Made by a program: the position numbers and the translations under genes. Of a stretch of DNA of 64,000 nt, positions 1 through 8,327 are shown piece after piece. The stretch spans positions 3,200,001 through 3,264,000 of the forward strand of contig CBDCJV010000002.1 of assembly GCA_965217895.1 (NCBI GenBank). Direction: 5' to 3'. The stretch comes from Waterburya sp. GTDB taxonomy: Bacteria > Cyanobacteriota > Cyanobacteriia > Cyanobacteriales > Xenococcaceae. How positions within the stretch are numbered: position 1 is the stretch's first letter; the number at the start of each line of letters is the position of its first letter. The notes below the pieces were generated by a model. It saw nothing but the letters and a program-made list of their open reading frames with translations. It was not told where the DNA came from and did not search any database.

Positions 1-47
1 GGCAGTTGTTTATAGGGTAGATTCATCGCTTATTCTTTTATAGATGT

Positions 48-416
48 TCAGCTAGCCAGGACGTGAACTAATACATAATCATTACAGCTTGACCAGCTAG
101 CAATCCAATTGGTGTAACCTAGTCTGGCTGCCTGCAATTTGGCTTTACCATAAAGCTTGATGCTTAACTGAAAGTCCGAGACGATCGCTTCTATTTCGTG
201 CCAGTCAATACCTGCTAATCCAGTTCCTAAAGCTTTGCCGACTGCTTCTTTGGTAGCAAAGCAAACAGCGAAGCTTTGATAGGGTTGTTTAGCTGACTGA
301 CAGCGATCGATTTCGTCTAAGGTAAATAGTAAATTTAAGGTTTCTCGATCATAGCGATCGATTAACTGTTTAATTCTTTCAACAGAAGCAATGTCAACGC
401 CAATTCCCATACCCAT
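48..416 (-). CDS. acpS: holo-ACP synthase (AcpS-type phosphopantetheinyl transferase) of the PKS cluster
   Basis: GIGVDI...FATKEAVGKALGTG motifs; start reassigned from 602 to the ATG at 416 (MGMGIGVD) because the upstream part overlaps the ACP gene. Confidence 0.9.
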   Translation of the reverse strand: MGMGIGVDIASVERIKQLIDRYDRETLNLLFTLDEIDRCQSAKQPYQSFAVCFATKEAVGKALGTGLAGIDWHEIEAIVSDFQLSIKLYGKAKLQAARLGYTNWIASWSSCNDYVLVHVLAS

Positions 417-492
417 ATTTTTGGTGGAAGTTGTAGAAGTTTGACAACGAGTCGATAACTTAACTACTCGGCTGCTCACAAATTTGGGGGAA

Positions 493-798
493 CTATTTCG
501 GTTGAACAGGGTGCGCGGTTTGAGGCATGGCTGGCATTGTATTTTCAACATAATTACTGTCTGGAGAGTTAGACTGGTCAACGGCTTGAACGATTTTTTC
601 ACTGATCTGTGCCAGAGTCATATCCTGACGGGACTCTAGCTTGATGTTGATTCCCAAACGTCGTTTGAGTCCTAAAGAAATATCAACGGTTTCGGTAGAA
701 TCTAGCTGTAGGTCTTGACGAATCGAAGCTGTATCAGTAAGTTCTGCTTCTTCAAAACCTAAATCGATCAGAACATCTTTGAGTGCTGAATTTATCAT
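493..798 (-). CDS. acyl carrier protein (type II PKS)
   Basis: acidic ~80-aa ACP body with DLQLDSTETV (Ser34 attachment site) plus a low-complexity tail; directly downstream of the CLF gene. Confidence 0.88.
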   Translation of the reverse strand: MINSALKDVLIDLGFEEAELTDTASIRQDLQLDSTETVDISLGLKRRLGINIKLESRQDMTLAQISEKIVQAVDQSNSPDSNYVENTMPAMPQTAHPVQPK

Positions 799-844
799 TG
801 ATTGACTTTACAAATGGTATTAATATTGTTTTGGTTAGGATTGG

Positions 845-2056
845 TTACTTACTAATAACGAAAGAAGCGTTAACCCCTTCGCGAGCGCGAGAATTGACTA
901 GAGTTCGGGCAACTGAACTCGATTGAGCTTGGGTAACAAAATTTAGCTGGCAATCGGCTTCGGCATTGACTGACTGCATAACGGGTAGTTTGCCAGTTTC
1001 CATCGCCATCAGGCTACAGGCGACTTCGGTAGTACAGCTAGCACCGTAAAGATGACCAAACAGCGATTTGGGTACGGTAACGGGAACATCTGGAGCGTCG
1101 GCAAAGACTCCTTGAATAGCCTCTGCCTCTAGGCGATCGCCTGTTTTGGTACCGCAACCCTCGGCAAACACGACATCAATATCTCGAGCAGCTAAATTGG
1201 CATCTTTTAAGGCTTTATTCATTGCCCGTTTAAATTGAATTCCTTCTGTAGGATTAGTATCAGTAGTCATACTACCCGAAGTTACTTCGCCATAAATTTT
1301 TGCTCCTCGTGCTAGGGCGTGTTCTTCTGACTCTAAAACTAAAACCGTACTGCCTTCCCCTAGAACAATGCCCGATCGCCCTTTGTCAAAAGGCTGATAG
1401 GCTGTACGAGGATCTGCTGCACCGCTAATTTCCCCTGTTTCGTAGTAGCAAACCATGCCAAAGCGGGTAATGGGAGCTTCCGAGCCTCCTGTAAGCACAA
1501 CATCGTTATGCCCCTGCTGGATCGACTTAACGCCAAAGTAAAGACCACTAGCACCGCTAGCGCGATCGCAAACAAAGCTTTTGCTGTAGCCTCGAATACC
1601 ATAGCGAATGGTGACGTAACCCTGGGCAGCAGTCGGAAACCAAGCTGTAGCCTGCCAGGGATTCACCATGGCTGCGCCATCGTTATATAGCTCTTTAAAA
1701 CCACGTTCGCAGATATCCCAACCCCCAGCGTTGTTGCCAAACCAAACCCCAACCCGATAGGAATCTTCTGTTTCTAGATCTAGATTGGCATCTGCCAAAG
1801 CTAGATCGCTAGCTGCTAGGGCATAATGGGTAAAGCGATCGGTTTTGACCACCAAACGACGAGGAATAAAATCATCGGGCTTAAAATCCTGAATTGTTCC
1901 CGCCACTTTGGTTGGGAAGTTAGTCGGATCGAAGCGATCTATTTCACCAATTGCCGACTTACCCTCGGTCATATTTTGCCAGAATTGTTCTTTGCCAATG
2001 CCCGATGGATTAACAATTCCAATTCCCGTAACAACTACCCGTTTTTTATCCGTCAT
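845..2056 (-). CDS. type II PKS chain-length factor (KS-beta/CLF)
   Basis: ketosynthase fold without the catalytic Cys (VCDRASG aligns to KS STGCTAG); WQATAWF and VTVPKSLFGHLYGA resemble CLF signatures; follows KS-alpha. Confidence 0.88.
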   Translation of the reverse strand: MTDKKRVVVTGIGIVNPSGIGKEQFWQNMTEGKSAIGEIDRFDPTNFPTKVAGTIQDFKPDDFIPRRLVVKTDRFTHYALAASDLALADANLDLETEDSYRVGVWFGNNAGGWDICERGFKELYNDGAAMVNPWQATAWFPTAAQGYVTIRYGIRGYSKSFVCDRASGASGLYFGVKSIQQGHNDVVLTGGSEAPITRFGMVCYYETGEISGAADPRTAYQPFDKGRSGIVLGEGSTVLVLESEEHALARGAKIYGEVTSGSMTTDTNPTEGIQFKRAMNKALKDANLAARDIDVVFAEGCGTKTGDRLEAEAIQGVFADAPDVPVTVPKSLFGHLYGASCTTEVACSLMAMETGKLPVMQSVNAEADCQLNFVTQAQSSSVARTLVNSRAREGVNASFVISK

Positions 2057-2089
2057 CTTTGCACTAAATAATGTTGATTTTATTTTTCT

Positions 2090-2154
2090 GTCGGGTGGGC
2101 AAAATTCCTTTCATCTTGATCCAAAAACCTGAATTTTTGGCTTGCCCACCCTAC
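2090..2154. repeat. REP-like inverted repeat (GGGTGGGCAA...TTGCCCACCCTAC)
   Basis: inverted arms seen directly; same family at 39288-39347 and 52911-52973. Confidence 0.75.
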
Positions 2155-2166
2155 GATTGAAATGCA

Positions 2167-3444
2167 CTACGCTGCTAATTCTTCTGGCTTCACCTTTCGC
2201 AAAATTGCAGCCGAATGAATACCGCCAAAACCAGAGGCTGTTAACATAGCGGTGTTAACCTCCTGTTCTCTAGCAACGTTGGGAACATAATCCAAATCGC
2301 ACACAGGATCGGCAAATTCATAGTTAGCAGTAGGATGAATTGTTGAAAGCTCGATCGCTCCCAAGGTGGCAACTACGCCAACTAAACTGGCTGAAGAAAG
2401 AGAGTGTCCAATCATCGATTTAGTAGAACTAATCGGCACTCGGTACGCTTTGTCTCCCAACACTGTCTTATAGGCATTGGTTTCAAAAACGTCATTTTGC
2501 GGAGTAGAACTACCATGAGCGTTGATGTAGTCGAGTTCTTCTGGGGCAACTTTACCCGACTCCAAAACCTTCCTCACCACAGCAGCCATCGGAATACCGT
2601 GATCGGGTAAGTCAGTCATGTGGAAAGCATTGCTGACGCTAGAGTAGCTAACTACCTCTGCATATATATGCGCTCCCCTGGCTTGGGCATGTTCCAACTC
2701 TTCTAATATTAAAACCGCAGCAGCTTCGCCAATTACAAAGCCAGCTCGCTTGACATCAAAAGGACGAGAAGCTTTTTCGGGTTCGCAGTCGGCTACGGAC
2801 AGAGAGCCGATTACGTCTAAAGTAGCGTAGGTCAAGCTTGTTAAAGGTGCTTCGGTTGCTCCTGCCATCATGATGTTCATTTCGCCAGATTGAATTAGCT
2901 CAAAACTCAATCCCAGAGCATCTAAACCCGCAGTACAGCCAGTAGAAAGAGAGGTACAGTGACCCTGTAAATTATACTTGCGTGCCAGCAAAGCAGCAGA
3001 GTAATTAAACATACCTGCATTATAGAAATTTTCTCCCGTTTCCACGTAGCTAATTTCTTCCGTGCCTCTATTAGTACACTGCTCGTAAATCTTCTGAATA
3101 TAGGGAGTTCCACCAATTGCCGAAGAAAATATCGTTCCCAACATTTCTGAGTCTTCTTGGTTGAGATCGATACCTGAATCTTCCCAAGCCATTGTTCCCG
3201 CACATACGCCAAACTGAACCACTCGATCCTGTTCTAAAAGGTGTTCAAATTCAGTCCCCGAACAATGGTTCGACAGGTCGAAATCTAAAACTCGGCACAA
3301 AACATTACTTTTGATGCCCATCGCCTCCATTTCAGAATCGGCGGTCAGAAAGGACTCTCCCCTAATGGCGTTTTTCCAAAACTGTTCTTTGCCAATTCCT
3401 AGTGGAGCGATCGTTCCAATGCCTGTAATTACAACTCGTTTCAT
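2167..3444 (-). CDS. type II PKS ketosynthase alpha
   Basis: STGCTAGLDALG active site, INAHGSSTPQND and KSMIGHSL motifs typical of aromatic type II PKS KS-alpha rather than FabF. Confidence 0.9.
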   Translation of the reverse strand: MKRVVITGIGTIAPLGIGKEQFWKNAIRGESFLTADSEMEAMGIKSNVLCRVLDFDLSNHCSGTEFEHLLEQDRVVQFGVCAGTMAWEDSGIDLNQEDSEMLGTIFSSAIGGTPYIQKIYEQCTNRGTEEISYVETGENFYNAGMFNYSAALLARKYNLQGHCTSLSTGCTAGLDALGLSFELIQSGEMNIMMAGATEAPLTSLTYATLDVIGSLSVADCEPEKASRPFDVKRAGFVIGEAAAVLILEELEHAQARGAHIYAEVVSYSSVSNAFHMTDLPDHGIPMAAVVRKVLESGKVAPEELDYINAHGSSTPQNDVFETNAYKTVLGDKAYRVPISSTKSMIGHSLSSASLVGVVATLGAIELSTIHPTANYEFADPVCDLDYVPNVAREQEVNTAMLTASGFGGIHSAAILRKVKPEELAA

Positions 3445-4084
3445 ATTTTTTGGCGATAAAAATAACTAGATTGAAGTTAAAAAGCAAATTTACTTAGGAT
3501 TGATTAAGCCATCTCAAGCAGCGAATTACAATGACGGAGACAGATTAGTTCAGCAGATAAAATTGAACAATTAGCCACCAACAAGGTTTGCACAAGACAT
3601 AAAGCATTCATTAGATAAATCTAGAAGTCTATTAGTTGAATGGTTGTAATAATTGGATACTTAAATCTAAATCTTGAATCTTCATTTCTTCTTGTAAGCT
3701 ACCGTTTGCTTTTGCCTACTAATTAAATTAGTCCGTTCTCCTGAGACCTGGGTAGAAATAAAGTACGAACTTTGTTGAATCTGTGTTTAATTTTTGTCTG
3801 TGTTGTTCTACTCTGTCTAAAAAACCTTTCGTCACTCAAAAAATATTTAAACTAAGATTATCTTTTTTGAATCAAATAAAACAAAAAACAAGCTTAAAAT
3901 AAGCATAAAAAAGCTATATTTTACTAGTTTTATCAACGATCGCTATGTTTTATGGTGCTAAATTAAAAATTAAAGATTAAGGCAAAAATTCAAGCTGAAA
4001 GTAATAGCTTTGATAATTGGTTTTCGACAGCTTATCCGATAGCTATTATCTTTGTTCAGTAATCTGCAACACTCGTTTACTATT

Positions 4085-4558
4085 ATGAGAATATTATTTA
4101 AATCCAAAATAGAAATTAGAAAACATCATAAACGCTCGGCAGATATCGCTCAATCACCTAGACAAACTGCCACACTTCAAAGAAATAGAATAGTCAGACC
4201 AAAAGTTTCAGAAGCCAGTTTAGCCCTCAAAAAATTCTCTAAGCATTTGGCATCGACGGTAGTTACTTATCCAGTTCCAGGAAAAAACGCCGTCGAGCAA
4301 ATATCTTATGCAGAACCTCTTCAAGATAGTGACAAAGGTTTAGTTTGGATCAATTCAGCACAGTATTTTGAAAATGTACCGCCTAGTGTTTGGAACTTTT
4401 GCGTAGGTAATTATTGTATATGTCAAAAATGGCTCAAGCTGAGAGAAGGAACTACCTTAAATCGTCAAAATGTTCAAGACTATCAACGCTTAGTCATGTT
4501 GATTAGCGAAACGATTGACTTAATGAATAATGTTGATTCTCAGCTAATGCACGAGTAG
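4085..4558 (+). CDS. stand-alone type ISP restriction-modification C-terminal (specificity) domain protein
   Basis: VWINSAQYFENVPPSVWNFCVGNYCICQKWLKLREG...DYQRLVMLISETIDLM matches the C-terminus of type ISP/adenine methyltransferase enzymes; no MTase or helicase part; ATG 4085 preferred to TTG 4052. Confidence 0.65.
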   Translation: MRILFKSKIEIRKHHKRSADIAQSPRQTATLQRNRIVRPKVSEASLALKKFSKHLASTVVTYPVPGKNAVEQISYAEPLQDSDKGLVWINSAQYFENVPPSVWNFCVGNYCICQKWLKLREGTTLNRQNVQDYQRLVMLISETIDLMNNVDSQLMHE

Positions 4559-4742
4559 ATAATATCGCAGTACGCTAATTGGTTAGGACAACTCTAGTTA
4601 ATCGTTCGCAAGTAGCCAAGGGATACCCCCCGCAGGGAGTATCCTAAAAAATAGTACGTATTGCTGCGTAAATCATATTAGCTATCAATTTTCTATTGCT
4701 TTTTTGTATTGAGTTAACACATTACATCCAAAAAATTTAACT

Positions 4743-5657
4743 ATGATTAAGACAGCGTGGGTGTTTCCAGGACAAGGCTCGCAAGAATCGGGTATGGGAA
4801 CGGATTTAGCTGGTATACCCTTGGCTAAAGCCAAATTTAAACAGGCTCAAGATATTTTAGATTGGGACGTAACTAAAATATGTCTCAATGAAAATTTAGA
4901 ACTATCTCAAACACTTTATACACAACCATGTCTTTACGTTGTCTCAGCTATTTTGACCGATCTAATGAAAGATGCAGAATTTGAACCTTCTATAGTTGCA
5001 GGTCATAGTTTAGGTGAATATGCTGCTCTTTATGCAGCAGAAGTTATTAGTTTTGAGGCTGGTTTACAATTAGTTAAGCTTAGAGCCGAATTAATGACTA
5101 ATACTCCTCCAGGGGTGATGACTGCTCTAATTGGATTCGATCGCGATCGCCTTGAAGAACAGATTGCCATAACTCCAGATGTAGTTATAGCCAATGATAA
5201 TCACAATAGTCAGATTGTAATTTCTGGTACGTCGGCAGGAGTTGAAGCATTATTAAAAAAAATCAAATATAGGCGCATTGTACCCCTTGACGTTAGCGGA
5301 GCTTTTCATTCACCGTTAATGGCAGATATATCCTTGGAGTTTAATCGAACTTTGCAAACTGTAGCTTTTCGACCAGCTAAAGTGCCTGTAATATCTAATG
5401 TCGAACCATCTCCATCTACCGAAGCATCAGTTTTAAAAAACCGTTTGATGCAGCAAATGACTGGTCGAGTACGCTGGCGAGAAATTGTCAATAGTCTAGC
5501 TCAAAATGATGTCAAAAAAATAATTGAAATAGGACCTGGTGATATTTTGACTAATACGATTTTTAAAATCCTCCCCAACATAGAATTAGAAAATGTCAGT
5601 AGCAATACAAAAATACCAACATCAAATCAGCAGGTTAAATTGCTAGAATCCATTTGA
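4743..5657 (+). CDS. fabD: ACP S-malonyltransferase
   Basis: FPGQGSQ, GHSLGEY, VSGAFHSPLM and EIGPG motifs. Confidence 0.93.
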   Translation: MIKTAWVFPGQGSQESGMGTDLAGIPLAKAKFKQAQDILDWDVTKICLNENLELSQTLYTQPCLYVVSAILTDLMKDAEFEPSIVAGHSLGEYAALYAAEVISFEAGLQLVKLRAELMTNTPPGVMTALIGFDRDRLEEQIAITPDVVIANDNHNSQIVISGTSAGVEALLKKIKYRRIVPLDVSGAFHSPLMADISLEFNRTLQTVAFRPAKVPVISNVEPSPSTEASVLKNRLMQQMTGRVRWREIVNSLAQNDVKKIIEIGPGDILTNTIFKILPNIELENVSSNTKIPTSNQQVKLLESI

Positions 5658-5711
5658 AATTTAGTTTAACTGCATAACATCAGTAATTAAGGCATTCAAA
5701 ATTGCGATCGC

Positions 5712-6476
5712 CTAATGCTTAAATACCTGAGCAAAAGTTTTATCCCATCGTTGCTGGTTTTTGTGGGCATCGCGAATATAAGGCGACCAACGAATCAAAT
5801 TAATTAGCAGGTGGTTGAGTATAGAGGCAGGAAACTTCATCGGTCGAACTATATCTAAGAATAAAACTACTCTAACCTCATCCGATTGATTCCAAGCTTC
5901 ATGAAGATAGGAATCATCAAAAATAAGAGTTTTTCCTGCTTCCCAATGGCGTACCCGACCGCCAACTTTAATACCGCACTGTTCTTTGTTTTGAGGAACT
6001 TTAAGAGCTAAATGGCAGCGTAAAACTCCTTTATAAGGACCTCTATGCTCAGGAATATGTTTTCCTGGTAGTAAAATTGAAAAAAAGGCAGTTTTTAGCC
6101 CAGGAATTTGTTCAATGATACGAGTTGTTTGCGGACAATAGCCACAATTTTGTGCCATTTTCACTCCATATCCATATAGGAAAAAAGTTTTCCAAAGATT
6201 ATCTTGACTGATATGGCGACCTTGTTCGGTGGAAATATCTTGAAAACGGGGCAGGTTATCGGTGTATTGCAAAATTGCATCTAACTCTTGCCTAATCTCT
6301 TGCCAGTTGTTTTCTAATGTAGATACCCATTCAAATTGCTCAGGCTCAAAAAAAGGAGTCTTGTCTACCAAAGAATAACGAGTAATAAACTTTTCCAACT
6401 GCCAGAGCAGATTTTTACCAAGTTTATTGACAATTAACTCTTTAATTAGAGGTTGAGAAACTTCAGCCGTTTTCAT
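5712..6476 (-). CDS. aspartyl/asparaginyl beta-hydroxylase domain protein (LpxO-like 2OG-Fe dioxygenase)
   Basis: FSILLPGKHIPEHRGPYKGVLRCHLAL, FDDSYLHEAWN, RVVLFLD motifs. Confidence 0.85.
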   Translation of the reverse strand: MKTAEVSQPLIKELIVNKLGKNLLWQLEKFITRYSLVDKTPFFEPEQFEWVSTLENNWQEIRQELDAILQYTDNLPRFQDISTEQGRHISQDNLWKTFFLYGYGVKMAQNCGYCPQTTRIIEQIPGLKTAFFSILLPGKHIPEHRGPYKGVLRCHLALKVPQNKEQCGIKVGGRVRHWEAGKTLIFDDSYLHEAWNQSDEVRVVLFLDIVRPMKFPASILNHLLINLIRWSPYIRDAHKNQQRWDKTFAQVFKH

Positions 6477-6620
6477 AGCTAAAAACCTTGATTCACTCTC
6501 GATATTAAACTTACTATTTATAGTTTAATCTGCTTTTATACGGTTGTGTCGGCTACCCGACATCAGTTAGTATATTTGAACTATTCGTGGTTTACAATCA
6601 TCTAAATCAACTGCCTCCCT

Positions 6621-6660
6621 CGCGCGTTCCCTTGCGCCTGTCGGCGACGCGGGGTCGCTC
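6621..6660. repeat. small GC-rich dispersed palindromic repeat (CCCTTGCGCC..TCGGCGACGCGGG family)
   Basis: near-identical core at 27963-28008; related inverted copy at 11471-11506. Confidence 0.65.
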
Positions 6661-6662
6661 GT

Positions 6663-7196
6663 CTAACTGCCATTAAATCCGATATCTGTTCCTGTCCCTG
6701 CATGAACTTGAGCTAGTTTTTCGTAATTACAAGCGTGTTCAATTAGTTCTGCTGCTTGAGTATCGCTAATGTCTTTAATTTTGCGGGCGGGGACACCGAC
6801 AAAAAGCGATCGCGATGGTATATTTTTAGTTACAACGCTTCCTGCGCCCACAATGCTTCCCGCACCCACTCTAACTCCATCGAGAATAATCGCTCCAATA
6901 CCAATCAAACAACCTGTTTCTATATAAGCCGAGTGAATTACCGCCCGATGACCAACGGTAACGTAATCTTCTAAGACAGTCGGCTTACCAGGATCGCCAT
7001 GTAAAACTGCTCCATCTTGAATATTTGTATACTCGCCGATGATAATTTGTTCCACATCGCCCCTAATCACTGCGCCATACCAAATGCTAGCTCCTTTAGC
7101 TAAAGATACATTGCCCATTACCGTAGCGTTGGAGGCAATAAAGGCTGCTGAAGATACATCGGGAGCAAACCAATAAGAGCTTTGAGGTGGAGTCAT
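6663..7196 (-). CDS. gamma carbonic anhydrase family protein
   Basis: hexapeptide repeats, [26 protein letters not shown]. Confidence 0.9.
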   Translation of the reverse strand: MTPPQSSYWFAPDVSSAAFIASNATVMGNVSLAKGASIWYGAVIRGDVEQIIIGEYTNIQDGAVLHGDPGKPTVLEDYVTVGHRAVIHSAYIETGCLIGIGAIILDGVRVGAGSIVGAGSVVTKNIPSRSLFVGVPARKIKDISDTQAAELIEHACNYEKLAQVHAGTGTDIGFNGS

Positions 7197-7286
7197 GATC
7201 TAAAATAAACTATCTTACGATATCAAGATAATTCAGCTTAATCTTATTTAGCCATGCTATAAGGTATAAAACAGAATTTTTAATAT

Positions 7287-7793
7287 ATGGATTTAGTTTT
7301 ACAATACCCTGTTTTTGGTCCTGAGATTTCTTGTCCCTATTGTCGACAGATAATTCCTGCTCTCACCCTTACAGATACCTATCTCTGTAACCGTCATGGT
7401 GCTTTTGAAGCAGAGCCTAAAATAGAAGAACTGGTTCATTTGTCTTCGGGTAGATGTTGGCGAAGATGGGAAGATCAGTGGTATCGTCAATACACCCATC
7501 CTGACGGTATTCGCTTTGAAATTCACGAAGCTTTAGACGTGCTTTATACCGAGGGTTATCGAGCTACGAGAGTCATTATTGCTAATCGTTATCGAGACTT
7601 AGTTAGTACTTATTTAGGACGCGCTCATCCCTGGCGGGAAGATCCTGAGTTTAGATCGCCTAAGCTCTATGGATTACCTATTGGCTTTAGTCCCGAAGAG
7701 AATGCCGAACCTTGCTGGGAAATAATCAACTTTACTTTAGAAAAAGAACCAGGAGTTCCCCGTCATTATCCTTATCGTTTTCTGTTTGAGTAA
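7287..7793 (+). CDS. conserved cyanobacterial protein (TIGR02652-like, CxxC zinc ribbon)
   Basis: LQYPVFGPEISCPYCRQIIPALTLTDTYLC N-terminus. Confidence 0.75.
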   Translation: MDLVLQYPVFGPEISCPYCRQIIPALTLTDTYLCNRHGAFEAEPKIEELVHLSSGRCWRRWEDQWYRQYTHPDGIRFEIHEALDVLYTEGYRATRVIIANRYRDLVSTYLGRAHPWREDPEFRSPKLYGLPIGFSPEENAEPCWEIINFTLEKEPGVPRHYPYRFLFE

Positions 7794-7824
7794 ATTAAAC
7801 TAAATCATCTTTTGTTACTTTGCC

Positions 7825-8262
7825 ATGCTGCACCATGCCTCAATTCGTACAGCAAACATCCATAAGGCGATCGCTTTTTATGAACATTTAGGCTTCACCG
7901 TCCAAGAACGTTTTACCACTGGATATACCTTGGCTTGCTGGATGACTGGGTTAGGAGGCAGAATTGAACTGATCCAAATTCCTGAACCAAAACCTGCGCC
8001 TGATGCCTTTAATGATGAGCATTACGTTGGTTATTATCATTTATCTTTCGATCTGACTGGAGTGACTAAAGATCTATCTAGCTGGCTCAAAGATTTAGAA
8101 CAGAAAATGGCAATCTCCAGAGAAAATAACTCTGAACTATCGCTTCTCAAAATACTACTAAAACCAGAACAGCAGATGATCGGCGATCGCATCTACGAAG
8201 TTGCCTTTGTTGCTGACACTGATGGTTTACCTTTAGAGTTTATTCGTATTATAGACAAATAG
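7825..8262 (+). CDS. VOC/glyoxalase family protein
   Basis: HHASIRT, YYHLSF, DTDGLPLEF motifs. Confidence 0.85.
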   Translation: MLHHASIRTANIHKAIAFYEHLGFTVQERFTTGYTLACWMTGLGGRIELIQIPEPKPAPDAFNDEHYVGYYHLSFDLTGVTKDLSSWLKDLEQKMAISRENNSELSLLKILLKPEQQMIGDRIYEVAFVADTDGLPLEFIRIIDK

Positions 8263-8327
8263 CTTTAAGCTAAAGAATTATCGCTATTTCAAGGAAAGAG
8301 TACTTTATCAATCGGATTTAGTATCAA

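Noticed and set aside
417..602. 62-aa N-terminal extension of AcpS in the ORF track
   Set aside because: It overlaps the ACP gene in another frame; the AcpS fold begins at MGMGIGVD (416)
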